Source of the DNA: Desulforegulaceae bacterium
Lineage (GTDB): Bacteria; Desulfobacterota; Desulfobacteria; Desulfobacterales; JACKCP01
DNA: 64,000 bases
NCBI GenBank assembly: GCA_034006035.1
Contig: JAVETN010000012.1
Coordinates: forward strand, 19,234 to 83,233
Direction: 5' to 3'
In this document: one piece after another, positions 8,203-17,138 of the stretch
Layout of the letters: every line of letters starts with the position of its first letter
Numbering within the stretch: position 1 is the stretch's first letter
Position numbers and translations under genes: made by a program
The notes under the pieces: generated by a model
Told to the model about the DNA's origin: nothing
The model's input: the letters and a program-made list of their open reading frames with translations, nothing else
Database searches by the model: none

Positions 8203-9902
8203 TAATTATCCTCCATAAAAATATTGTTTTTGTGTTTATCGGCAATTTTTTCACTGATAATTTTACCATTAAGCTTATCTTCTATTTCTTTTACAAGCAA
8301 ATCGGTTTTTGCAAATGATAAAACTTTTTCATCTTCGTAGTTTTTTTTGGATTCAGGATTGTTTTTAATATGATCTTCAATTATTTTTAAACTTATATTT
8401 TCATCAAAAATTTTGCTGGATATTTTTTCAACCAGATCTTTTTCCTTCTGAATTCTTTGAATATGATAATTTGTCCCTTTTGCTCTTATTTCCAGAGTAT
8501 TTTCTTTTTTAGAAACAAAATCTGAACTGTTCTCAAAAAGTGTTCCTCCGGATGGGTTTTCCTTTTTAAGTTGTTTTATGCAAAGCACCCATTTTTCTTT
8601 GTCAGAAAGAGTATTTATTGGCTTTGTTTCTGGCATAGGTTTTTTTTCAGAAACAAACCCTGGTTCTTCAGTTTTTTCATTTATTGTTTTTATTTTATGG
8701 CTCTGCCTTATCGGGGTTTCAGGCTTTTTTTCCAAAACCTGAAATTTTTCTTTGGGTTCTTTGTTTTTAAGATTTTCCAGTGTTGAAATAAGGGATTCAA
8801 TTTCTTTTGATTCTGGAATTTCACAAAGTTTGAAAAATATTATTTCAAGAAGGATTCTAATGTTTTCAGTCTGACGGACTCTTATTTCTTCTTTAAGGAG
8901 AAGATCTAAAAGTCTTATAAAATATGAAATTTCAAAGCCTGAGCTTATATTTGCAAGTTCAGCCTTGTAATTATCAGGAAGATCACTCAGATCCGCTGAT
9001 TTGGGGCTTAAATTTATAAGTATTATATGCCTTAAATATTCAATTGTTTTTTGGTAGAAAATTTTAAGGTCAACCCCGGAAAAATAGAGGTCATTTATTG
9101 TTGCTGCTATCAATTCTCTGTTTCTTAAAAATAAAGCTTCAATTGTATTTTTTGCAATTGAAAAAGAAGGGGTTCCAAGAATTCTTCTTATTTGCTCTGT
9201 TGAAACTTCATTGGTTGAAGATGAAGAGATCAGTTGATCAAGAAGACTTATGGAGTCCCTTACAGAACCTTCTCCTGCTGATGCTATTTCAGCGATTGCC
9301 TCATTTGAGGTTTTTATGCTTTCAAGCTCACAGATATTTATTAAATGATTTACAAGAAAGTTAAGAGGCACTCTTTTAAGGTCATGACGTTGGCACCTTG
9401 ACATTATGGTTACAGGAACTTTGTGAGGCTCTGTGGTGGCAAAAAAGAACATTATATGGGGAGGTGGTTCTTCAAGTGATTTTAAAAGTGCATTAAAAGC
9501 TGCGATTGAAAGCATATGAACTTCATCTATTATATAAATTTTGTATTTGGAATAAGACGGTTTATATTGGAGATTATCTCTTATTTCTCTTATTTGCTCA
9601 ACATTGTTGTTTGATGCTCCGTCTATTTCAATTATGTCAGAAGTTCTTCCTTTAATTATTTCAAGGCATGATCTGCAATTTCCACATGGATTTGAAGTTG
9701 GTCCGTTTTCACAGTTCATACATTTGGCAAGTATTCTTGCTATGGAGGTTTTCCCTGTGCCTCTTGGACCTGTGAATATATGGGCATGGGCTACTCTTTC
9801 AAGGCTGATTGCATTTTTAAGCGTAGTTGTGACATGCTCCTGGTATACAACAGAATCAAAATCAACGGGACGGTATTTGCGGGCAAGTACAAGATATGCC
9901 AT
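8202..9902 (-). CDS. dnaX: DNA polymerase III subunit gamma/tau
   Basis: Walker A GPRGTGKTS, Zn module CxxC...CGNCRSC, DEVHML, and the sensor region SRCQRHDL. The C-terminus is Lys/Glu-rich. Confidence 0.93.
   Translation of the reverse strand: MAYLVLARKYRPVDFDSVVYQEHVTTTLKNAISLERVAHAHIFTGPRGTGKTSIARILAKCMNCENGPTSNPCGNCRSCLEIIKGRTSDIIEIDGASNNNVEQIREIRDNLQYKPSYSKYKIYIIDEVHMLSIAAFNALLKSLEEPPPHIMFFFATTEPHKVPVTIMSRCQRHDLKRVPLNFLVNHLINICELESIKTSNEAIAEIASAGEGSVRDSISLLDQLISSSSTNEVSTEQIRRILGTPSFSIAKNTIEALFLRNRELIAATINDLYFSGVDLKIFYQKTIEYLRHIILINLSPKSADLSDLPDNYKAELANISSGFEISYFIRLLDLLLKEEIRVRQTENIRILLEIIFFKLCEIPESKEIESLISTLENLKNKEPKEKFQVLEKKPETPIRQSHKIKTINEKTEEPGFVSEKKPMPETKPINTLSDKEKWVLCIKQLKKENPSGGTLFENSSDFVSKKENTLEIRAKGTNYHIQRIQKEKDLVEKISSKIFDENISLKIIEDHIKNNPESKKNYEDEKVLSFAKTDLLVKEIEDKLNGKIISEKIADKHKNNIFMEDN
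8719..8730 (-). promoter_or_regulatory. Candidate -1 programmed ribosomal frameshift site in dnaX (A AAA AAG followed by GCC UGA in the -1 frame)
   Basis: The coding strand reads GAA AAA AAG CCU GAA at codons 391-395. The heptamer is in X XXY YYZ phase, and the -1 frame gives Ala then UGA. Confidence 0.4.
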
Positions 9903-9925
9903 AGGTTTGTTTTTAATCCCATAAT

Positions 9926-9954
9926 AAAAAAAGCTGACTTTTTAAATCAGCTTT
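9926..9954 (-). terminator. Rho-independent terminator downstream of tRNA-Ser, 23 nt before the dnaX ATG
   Basis: The minus strand reads AAAGCTGA-TTTAAAAAG-TCAGCTTT, followed by a run of T. Confidence 0.6.
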
Positions 9955-9969
9955 GATTTGCTAACAAGG

Positions 9970-10060
9970 TGGCGGAGAGAGAGGGATTCGAACCCTCGGT
10001 ACCCGTTAGAGTACACACGCTTTCCAGGCGCGCACCTTCAGCCAGCTCGGCCATCTCTCC
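9970..10060 (-). tRNA. tRNA-Ser (anticodon GGA), CCA encoded
   Basis: Minus strand: GGAGAGATGGCCGAGCTGG...CCTGGAAAGCG...long variable arm...GGTTCGAATCCCTCTCTCTCCGCCA. The acceptor stem GGAGAGA/TCTCTCC folds correctly. Confidence 0.9.
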
Positions 10061-10280
10061 ATAAATCATTTCAACAATCTTGTATAAACTTCACCGGCTG
10101 AAATGTCAATATAAAATCTTTTGTTTAAATCAGCTAATATGTTTGAAGGTTAATTCAAAGATAAATATTTTGATTAATAAAGTTTTTGGCTGTTTAAAAA
10201 GGTGTTGAAAAAAGATTTATTTTGTTTTAACTGTTTTAGAATACATTTATGGAAATAAAATAATTAATCAGGAAATTTAA

Positions 10281-10781
10281 ATGGTTATTTCATTTGAAGA
10301 ACCCAAAGGGTTCTCTTTGATTGAACTTGTTGTTTCTTTGTTAATAATCACCATACTTCTTGGAATTGCAGTGCCAGGGTTTAGTTATCTTGTGTCTTGG
10401 TACAGGGCAGAATCTGCTGTGGTTGAGTTTTCTTCAGGAATTGAAAAAGCTAAATATCTGGCAGTGAGCAAGGGTTGCACAGTCAAAATTTCTCTTTATA
10501 TGGATGATGATATTCAAGCTCCTGGTTTTTGTATCTATATTGATAATGATGGGAACAACCTTGTTTCAGAAGCAGATGAAGTTATTTACAGGCACTTTTT
10601 TAAGGGTGTGAAAATAAATAAACTTGAAACCACAATAGACGGCAATTCAAAACCCCTTTATTTACATAAATCAGGGTTTGTAAAAGGGGGAACTCTTTGT
10701 ATTGAAATGCCTTCTGGAAAGACTAGAAAAGTTGTATTGCAAACCCCTTCAGGAAAAATTCGGATAACAACTGAAGGATGA
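10281..10781 (+). CDS. Type IV pilus minor pilin, GspH/FimT family
   Basis: Prepilin leader and cleavage/methylation motif KG-FSLIELVVSLLIITILLGIAVPGF; 166 aa. Confidence 0.8.
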   Translation: MVISFEEPKGFSLIELVVSLLIITILLGIAVPGFSYLVSWYRAESAVVEFSSGIEKAKYLAVSKGCTVKISLYMDDDIQAPGFCIYIDNDGNNLVSEADEVIYRHFFKGVKINKLETTIDGNSKPLYLHKSGFVKGGTLCIEMPSGKTRKVVLQTPSGKIRITTEG

Positions 10782-10792
10782 TTGGAGTTATA

Positions 10793-11437
10793 ATGAAAAA
10801 CAAAGGATTTACTCTCATAGAACTTCTCATGGCAATCCTTGTCTTTTCAATAGTATCTGCAGTTATCTCCTCAACTTTTAAAAATGAATTAACTGCATAT
10901 GTGAATCAAAAAAAATTCTCTGAAATGATGAGTCAATTAAGAATTTTATCCCATTTTATTTCCAATGATTTAAAAACATCAGGTTTTAATCCCATAGATG
11001 CTTCTGGTGTTGAAATAGAAGTAGCAGAAAAAGATTATTTTTCTTTTGTAAGGGTAAATGATGAATTTAAAACCTCAGGAGACCTTAAAAGAATTGCCCT
11101 TTATAAGTGCGGTGATAAAATTTTGAGGTATGTTGCCAATACAGAAACCGGGTTTGACTGGGAAATGCCAAGTCTTTCCAGCCTATGTTCCTCAGCATCT
11201 TACAAATATAGAACTCCGGATGAACTTGCCTTTGGAATCTCTGAACTGGAATTTTTGTATTATAACCGGGATGGGAATTTAATTTCACAGCAAGGGCTTG
11301 ATAATCAAGATAAAAATTTGTTTTCAAAAATATCTTCAATTGAAGTTTCAATTAAATCAGAAATAAATTATTGGGGTAAAAAACAAAAAACTGAATCATT
11401 TCGGTTTTTTGTTCAATGCAGAAACCTGGGGATTTAG
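10793..11437 (+). CDS. pilW: Type IV pilus minor pilin PilW-like
   Basis: MKNKG-FTLIELLMAILVFSIV prepilin motif. GGAG lies 5 nt upstream of the ATG at 10793. The maximal ORF begins at 10778. Confidence 0.75.
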   Translation: MKNKGFTLIELLMAILVFSIVSAVISSTFKNELTAYVNQKKFSEMMSQLRILSHFISNDLKTSGFNPIDASGVEIEVAEKDYFSFVRVNDEFKTSGDLKRIALYKCGDKILRYVANTETGFDWEMPSLSSLCSSASYKYRTPDELAFGISELEFLYYNRDGNLISQQGLDNQDKNLFSKISSIEVSIKSEINYWGKKQKTESFRFFVQCRNLGI

Positions 11438-11438
11438 G

Positions 11439-11816
11439 ATGAAGGAAATTGTAAAAGAAAAAGGATTTACCCTTATTGAAGTAATGGTGGCCTTAATTAT
11501 TTTTTCAATAGGGATTATTGCTGTTATCACTCTTCAAATCAGTGCTGTTAAAGCAAATTCCAATTCCTATTATTATGATTTGGCAATCAACTCAATGAAT
11601 AACAGAATAGAAAAAATTATTGCTCAAAATTATGAAAATCTTGTTTCTCAGCCAAAAGAAATTCCTGATTTTTCAAATCCCCAATTTATGGCATCCTGGA
11701 AAGTAACCGGGGATAGTCCTGAGCCGGGAATAAAACAAATAGATATTGTTGTGAAGTGGACAAAGGACTCTAAAAAGCATGAATTAGTTCATAGGTTTTA
11801 TAAAAAGGAATATTAA
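11439..11816 (+). CDS. pilV: Type IV pilus minor pilin PilV-like
   Basis: MKEIVKEKG-FTLIEVMVALIIFSIGIIAV prepilin motif. The ATG follows the previous stop by 1 nt. The maximal ORF begins at 11409. Confidence 0.75.
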   Translation: MKEIVKEKGFTLIEVMVALIIFSIGIIAVITLQISAVKANSNSYYYDLAINSMNNRIEKIIAQNYENLVSQPKEIPDFSNPQFMASWKVTGDSPEPGIKQIDIVVKWTKDSKKHELVHRFYKKEY

Positions 11817-11833
11817 ATTTAACAGGTAAAGAG

Positions 11834-12400
11834 ATGAGCTGTTTAAAAAATCAAAAGGGTTCAGCAATGCTTATTGTTCTTATGATGCTTGTTCTCATTA
11901 CTATCATAGGTTTTGCTGCAATAAGCGACTCGTTTTTTAATCTCAAAATTTCTTCTTTTAGGAAAAAGCACTCGTCTGAGATTTATTTGTGTGAAAGTCT
12001 TGCCATCCAGGGTGTCTCCTTAATTGAGTCAGAAGAAAAAGACAGACTTAGGGATTGCGTTGTTGACTGGGTTTATCAAAATGATTCTAAAGTCGTTGGA
12101 AAGCTTGGACTTAAAGATAAAAAGCCCAAGTATTTCATGGACTCATATCTAAAAAAGTTTTTCTCGCCTTCTTCAAATATTTCCATTGATTATAAAAATA
12201 CAGATTTTTCTCCTAAAATAAACGGAAAGATAATTGCCTTTTATAATGGACTTTCAGAATCAGGTTCCCAGGATATTGGCTCTAAAGACTGTGTGCATGA
12301 TTATACGATTGTAGGAAGATACGAAGTTTTTAAGGATAAAAAACAATTGAGTATTGATTCGGTTAAAATGATGGAGATTGGTGTGAGAAGAAAATTTTAA
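11834..12400 (+). CDS. pilX: PilX-like minor pilin / pilus assembly protein
   Basis: N-terminal QKGSAMLIVLMMLVLITIIGFAAI hydrophobic segment typical of PilX_N. Its position between pilV and pilY1 supports the call. Confidence 0.6.
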   Translation: MSCLKNQKGSAMLIVLMMLVLITIIGFAAISDSFFNLKISSFRKKHSSEIYLCESLAIQGVSLIESEEKDRLRDCVVDWVYQNDSKVVGKLGLKDKKPKYFMDSYLKKFFSPSSNISIDYKNTDFSPKINGKIIAFYNGLSESGSQDIGSKDCVHDYTIVGRYEVFKDKKQLSIDSVKMMEIGVRRKF

Positions 12401-12413
12401 AAGGAGATTTGTT

Positions 12414-15400
12414 GTGAAAAATAAAATTTTTTTAATTGGAATTTTTTTTCTTGTTTTTTATTCGCAAAACTCAATCTCTGTAGAAATCTCAGATTTCCCC
12501 ATGATTTCGTCAATAAAAAAACCTCCGGCCCATCTTATGTTTATAATTGATAATTCTGGAAGTATGAATTGGGAAACAATGATGAAAGGAGAAGCTGAAG
12601 GAATTTTTAAACCTGAATCAGGTTTTCAGGAATATTATTATATTTTTGAAAAGGGTAATTCTAAATTAAAAGGACTTTCAAAAAGATATATAAAACCAAG
12701 GTTTTTTGCTTTTAATAAAATTTATTATAATCCAAAATCTGACTATATTCCCTGGCCTGGAACCAAGAACTATTCTTCCCACTCTGCTGATCTAAGATAC
12801 CCAAAAATTATCAGGTTTAATGATGATTCTGAAAGTTTTTCAGATATTTTCAATCACTCAAGCTCCATTGATCTTTTCGGAAGTTATTTTGACCTTACAA
12901 ATGGAAAGTTCAATATAGTTGGAGATGATGGGGATGATGGGGTGGTTAAAAAAGGCAGCTGGAGTGAAAAAGAATATTTTTCGGCCTATAAGTCAAAGTT
13001 CAGCATAACTTCAGATCCAGGTGCTTATATGGAAATTTATTTGGAGTTGCCTTCAGATGGGACATATTCTTTTACTGGATACTGGCCTTTTTTAGCTGGG
13101 GATTCATCAGGTGAAGTTGAATTTGAGATTTTGGTATACAAAACCGGTGACAATATAAGCAATGGGGTAATACTTAAAAATCAAAATGGAAATGCCGGAG
13201 GAAGATTGGGTATAGACGGCGGGCTTGGAAATAAAAACGGCAACCTGGGTGATTTTGCAATTACAAAAGACCAAATAAACAGCAACGGACCTGATATAAA
13301 AGTAATTCTAAGAAAACCAAAAAATTCAGATCCAGATTCTTTTGTCAAGGCTGATAGAATTGACGCAGTTTATCAATATGGGGGAACAACCGGATTTACA
13401 GGAACAAATGATTTTGTAGCTAAAATAAATAATGCAAATTATTTTACCTGGGACGATATAAATGAAAATAATATTTATGATCAGGGAGAATCTTTGTACC
13501 TGGTGAACTTTGTTCTTGATGAATCTGGAGAAGATATTGAGTGGATAGATCCAGGAGGTAAAAAAGGGCAGGGTAAGGTAAGAAGAGAGTATTTTCAGGT
13601 TATTGAGAGTAAAGGAAAATTTACAAAAGATTTTTATCTTGATGATGGAATGGGTTTGGGAAGTGGAGAACTTGTTCCTGTACCGGATTTACCTCATCAT
13701 GCAAAAAGATTTAAGTATTCCAAGGAAAATGGAAGCCTTGTTTATTTGACTGCTAAAGAAGATTTGCAAAATTTTGCAAATTGGTTTGAGTTTTATAGAA
13801 CCAGACTTTTAGCGGCAAAGTCTGCCATGGCAAGATCTGTTTATGATTTATCAGATGCTGTTGTTGGTCTTTATACAATCAACAAATCTCTTAGCCAGCC
13901 AGGTCTTGGAGTAAAAACTTATCTGCCTTCAACCTATATTGCTGATAATGGTGATATTGACCAAGGGAAATATTATGAAGAAAGAGGCGGCTTAAGTTCA
14001 TGGAAGGATTCTTTTTCATCAATCAGTTATAATGGAAGCTCAAGACAAACCAACGCAGTTGATAAACATTCAGACTATAAAGCTTTTTGGAAGATAAATG
14101 ATCTTGAAGAATCCGGGGAATTTAAGGTTTATATAAGGTGGTCAAAACATAAAGGGTTTTTTGGAGGATTTTTTGGAGGAATATATTCCTCAGAAATGGA
14201 TCCCAAAACAAAATATCGTGTTTATAAATACAAGAATGGCAATATTGATAATAAAATTTTGGTAAAAGAGATGACTATTAACCAGAACGGAGGAACAAAA
14301 AATCAATTTAAAGATGAAATGCTTCCTGATATCTGGAATTATTTTTGTGATATTGAGCTTTCTGAAGGTGAAAAAGTTTTAGTTGAACTTCAAAGGGGAA
14401 CTGGAAATAAATATCAGTATACGAGTGCCGATGCAGTCAAAGCTGTTTCAAAAAACAGTTCTTCCAATATAGATAATACCAATGAACTTTTAGATATGAT
14501 TTATAAGTTTGAAGCAGTTGGAGGTACTCCTCTAAGAAGGGCTTTAAAGGATGTTGGCCAATATTTTAGCACTGAAGAATCACCTCCAGCAAAATCAGGA
14601 CTTGGCAATAAATCACCTTTTTCAAGTGAAGGTGGTGAATGTCTCCAGGCCTTTGCTGTTTTAATGACAGATGGATACTGGAATGGAAAGAATTTTTCCA
14701 TTGGAGATTATGATAATGACGGAGTTTCAGATACCCTTGCAGATGTTGCAGCCAAATATTATGGGGATCTTGATCCAGATAAAGAAGGAAAGGTTCCTAC
14801 AAATAATTGCGATTCAAATAGAGAACAGCATCTTGTTACCTATTCTGTTGCATTCGGAGCCTCAGGAAATATAAATCCCTTAGATTATGATCAATGCAAT
14901 CTTGCTGATAAAATAACAGGAGCACCGGTCTGGCCTGGTGGTGATAAAAATTTATGGACAAATGAAAAAATAGATGATCTTTTTCATGCTTCAATAAACA
15001 GCCGGGGAGCTTTTTATAATGCTTCTGACCCCCAAAAACTATTTGAGGCTCTGACTTCAATAATAAAAGATGTGGAAATAAGATATAACACAGGTTCTGC
15101 AGTGTCTTTAAGTTCCCATAAACTCAAGTCAGGAACAAAAGTTTACCAGTCTTTTTATAACACAGGCAATTGGTCCGGCTGGATTGAGGCAAAGGAGATT
15201 GAAAAAAATCAGGAAGGAATCTGGGAAGTTTCAGATAAAAGTTTATGGAATACTAATGATTATTTTACCAAGGGCAGGTTTGTTCCCATAGCAAGAAAGA
15301 TTTTTATTAAAGATCCTTTGGGTGAACCTGTTGAATTTAAATATTCCGAATTTTCAGATTCAATCAAATCAAAAATCAATCCCCTTATTTCAAGCACTGT

Positions 15401-17135
15401 GGCTGAAATAAGGCAAAAAGCTGAAGAAGATATTAAAAAAACAGTTAATTACATTAGAGGAGAAGATCTGCCCGGTTTCAGGGAAAGAAATATTGTTTTG
15501 GGAGATGTTATTAATTCATCACCAATTAAATGGGGAAACACTATTTATTTTGGAGCAAATGATGGAATGCTCCACGCTCTGGATGAAAAAACAGGAAAAG
15601 AAAGATTTGCTTTTATTCCTTCTTTTGTGATTGAAAACCTTCCCTTGCTTACTGAGACTAATTACAATCATAAGTATTTTGTTGATCACACTCCTGTTAT
15701 TGAAAGAATTTCAAAATTCAATGGGGATATTTGTAAAACAGAAGATATTTTGGTAAGCGGGCTTAGAAAAGGAGGAAAGGGTTATTTTGCCTTATCTCTT
15801 AAAAATGATAAAATAGATGTAGATAAGATAACCATGTCAACCACTGAAAATCTTTTAGATATTTTTAAATGGGAGTTTCCTTCAATTTCAGATCCTGGCG
15901 AGGAAGATTTAAAAGATATGGGATTTAGCTATAGCAACCCTGTAATAGTAAAAAGTAATTTAAAAGAACATCCTTTTATTGTTGTTTTCGGGAATGGCTA
16001 TAATAGTGAAAATGGTAAATCTGTCTTATTTATTCTTGATGCTTTTACAGGGGAATGTATTAAAAAAATATCTGTGGGAAATCAATTAGAAAATGGAATG
16101 AGTACTCCGGCTGTGGTTGATAAAGATAACAATTTTACTGCTGATTATGTGTACGCTGGAGATCTTCAGGGTAATTTATGGAAATTTGATATCACCAGTA
16201 AAAATCTTGATGACTGGGGCTGTTTTTATTCTGATGGGAGCGGTAATGGAGTTCCATTGTTTACAGCAGGATATGGTCAAATCAACCAGCCTATAACAAC
16301 TAAGCCGGATATAGCAAAACATCCGTTATATCAAGGATATATAGTTCTTTTTGGAACAGGCAAGTTTTTGTGCAAAGATGATATGGATGATAAATCAACT
16401 CAGTCTGTTTACGGTATCTGGGATTATGGAAATAAAAAGAATCAGTATTTAGGCCAAATTAAAAGGGCTGATTATTTAACAGGTAAAACAGGGACTTCAA
16501 ATATTTCTGATGTCTATCTTCTTAATCAGTCTGTTGCCCATAGTGATAAAGATTCAGACGTTCAAAGCGAAAGTCAATATGAAAAAGTCGAAACTCTTAG
16601 CGATAAAAAAATTTTATGGGAAATTAAAAAATCTGATTCTTCAAAGGATGGATATCAGGAGCTTGCTCCGGGTTCCCATTTTGGGTGGTATTTTGATTTG
16701 CCTGATTTGGGTGAAAGAATTGTGGAAGATCCAAAAGTTGTTTCAAATAAATCTGTTTTTATTTCCTATGTACCTGAAGCAGCAGAAAAGATGTGCACTT
16801 CAGGAGGATATTCCTGGTTTCATGAACTTGATATATCCAGCGGGTCAAGGCTTTCCTCTCCTGCTTTTGATATAAATCGTGACAATAAAATTAAATCCAA
16901 TGAAATAAATGAAGATAATGAAGAAAAGCTCAATGATGTTTTAAAAGTTGAAATAGACGGTGAATATAAATATCTTTCTCCTTCAAGACTTAAACTCTCC
17001 GGGATGGTATTTGCCCCTGCCATTGTGACCTCAGAAGATAAAGAAGCCAAGATCCTTGGAACAAGTGAAGGTAAAATCAATATTATAAGTGAAAAAAGGC
17101 AAAGACTGGGAATGTATTATTGGAGGATTAGATAA
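12414..17135 (+). CDS. pilY1: PilY1-like pilus tip adhesin: N-terminal vWA domain carrying two large insertions, plus a C-terminal PilY1 beta-propeller
   Basis: GTG start with AAGGAG 7 nt upstream and a signal peptide. MIDAS motif FIIDNSGSM; NFANWFEFYRTRL; GGTPL; VLMTDGYWNG. C-terminal GANDGMLHALDEKTGKERFAFIPS and VVDKDNNFTADYVYAGDLQGNLWKFD, a PilY1 Ca-site-like loop. Confidence 0.85.
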   Translation: MKNKIFLIGIFFLVFYSQNSISVEISDFPMISSIKKPPAHLMFIIDNSGSMNWETMMKGEAEGIFKPESGFQEYYYIFEKGNSKLKGLSKRYIKPRFFAFNKIYYNPKSDYIPWPGTKNYSSHSADLRYPKIIRFNDDSESFSDIFNHSSSIDLFGSYFDLTNGKFNIVGDDGDDGVVKKGSWSEKEYFSAYKSKFSITSDPGAYMEIYLELPSDGTYSFTGYWPFLAGDSSGEVEFEILVYKTGDNISNGVILKNQNGNAGGRLGIDGGLGNKNGNLGDFAITKDQINSNGPDIKVILRKPKNSDPDSFVKADRIDAVYQYGGTTGFTGTNDFVAKINNANYFTWDDINENNIYDQGESLYLVNFVLDESGEDIEWIDPGGKKGQGKVRREYFQVIESKGKFTKDFYLDDGMGLGSGELVPVPDLPHHAKRFKYSKENGSLVYLTAKEDLQNFANWFEFYRTRLLAAKSAMARSVYDLSDAVVGLYTINKSLSQPGLGVKTYLPSTYIADNGDIDQGKYYEERGGLSSWKDSFSSISYNGSSRQTNAVDKHSDYKAFWKINDLEESGEFKVYIRWSKHKGFFGGFFGGIYSSEMDPKTKYRVYKYKNGNIDNKILVKEMTINQNGGTKNQFKDEMLPDIWNYFCDIELSEGEKVLVELQRGTGNKYQYTSADAVKAVSKNSSSNIDNTNELLDMIYKFEAVGGTPLRRALKDVGQYFSTEESPPAKSGLGNKSPFSSEGGECLQAFAVLMTDGYWNGKNFSIGDYDNDGVSDTLADVAAKYYGDLDPDKEGKVPTNNCDSNREQHLVTYSVAFGASGNINPLDYDQCNLADKITGAPVWPGGDKNLWTNEKIDDLFHASINSRGAFYNASDPQKLFEALTSIIKDVEIRYNTGSAVSLSSHKLKSGTKVYQSFYNTGNWSGWIEAKEIEKNQEGIWEVSDKSLWNTNDYFTKGRFVPIARKIFIKDPLGEPVEFKYSEFSDSIKSKINPLISSTVAEIRQKAEEDIKKTVNYIRGEDLPGFRERNIVLGDVINSSPIKWGNTIYFGANDGMLHALDEKTGKERFAFIPSFVIENLPLLTETNYNHKYFVDHTPVIERISKFNGDICKTEDILVSGLRKGGKGYFALSLKNDKIDVDKITMSTTENLLDIFKWEFPSISDPGEEDLKDMGFSYSNPVIVKSNLKEHPFIVVFGNGYNSENGKSVLFILDAFTGECIKKISVGNQLENGMSTPAVVDKDNNFTADYVYAGDLQGNLWKFDITSKNLDDWGCFYSDGSGNGVPLFTAGYGQINQPITTKPDIAKHPLYQGYIVLFGTGKFLCKDDMDDKSTQSVYGIWDYGNKKNQYLGQIKRADYLTGKTGTSNISDVYLLNQSVAHSDKDSDVQSESQYEKVETLSDKKILWEIKKSDSSKDGYQELAPGSHFGWYFDLPDLGERIVEDPKVVSNKSVFISYVPEAAEKMCTSGGYSWFHELDISSGSRLSSPAFDINRDNKIKSNEINEDNEEKLNDVLKVEIDGEYKYLSPSRLKLSGMVFAPAIVTSEDKEAKILGTSEGKINIISEKRQRLGMYYWRIR

Positions 17136-17138
17136 AAA

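Noticed and set aside
9903-10280. An SRP (4.5S/ffs) RNA was expected upstream of dnaX, as in several bacteria.
   Set aside because: No GGUGCUGUUU...GGAAGCAGCC-type conserved helix-8 sequence is visible. The region is explained by tRNA-Ser plus its terminator and an AT-rich promoter region for the pilin operon.
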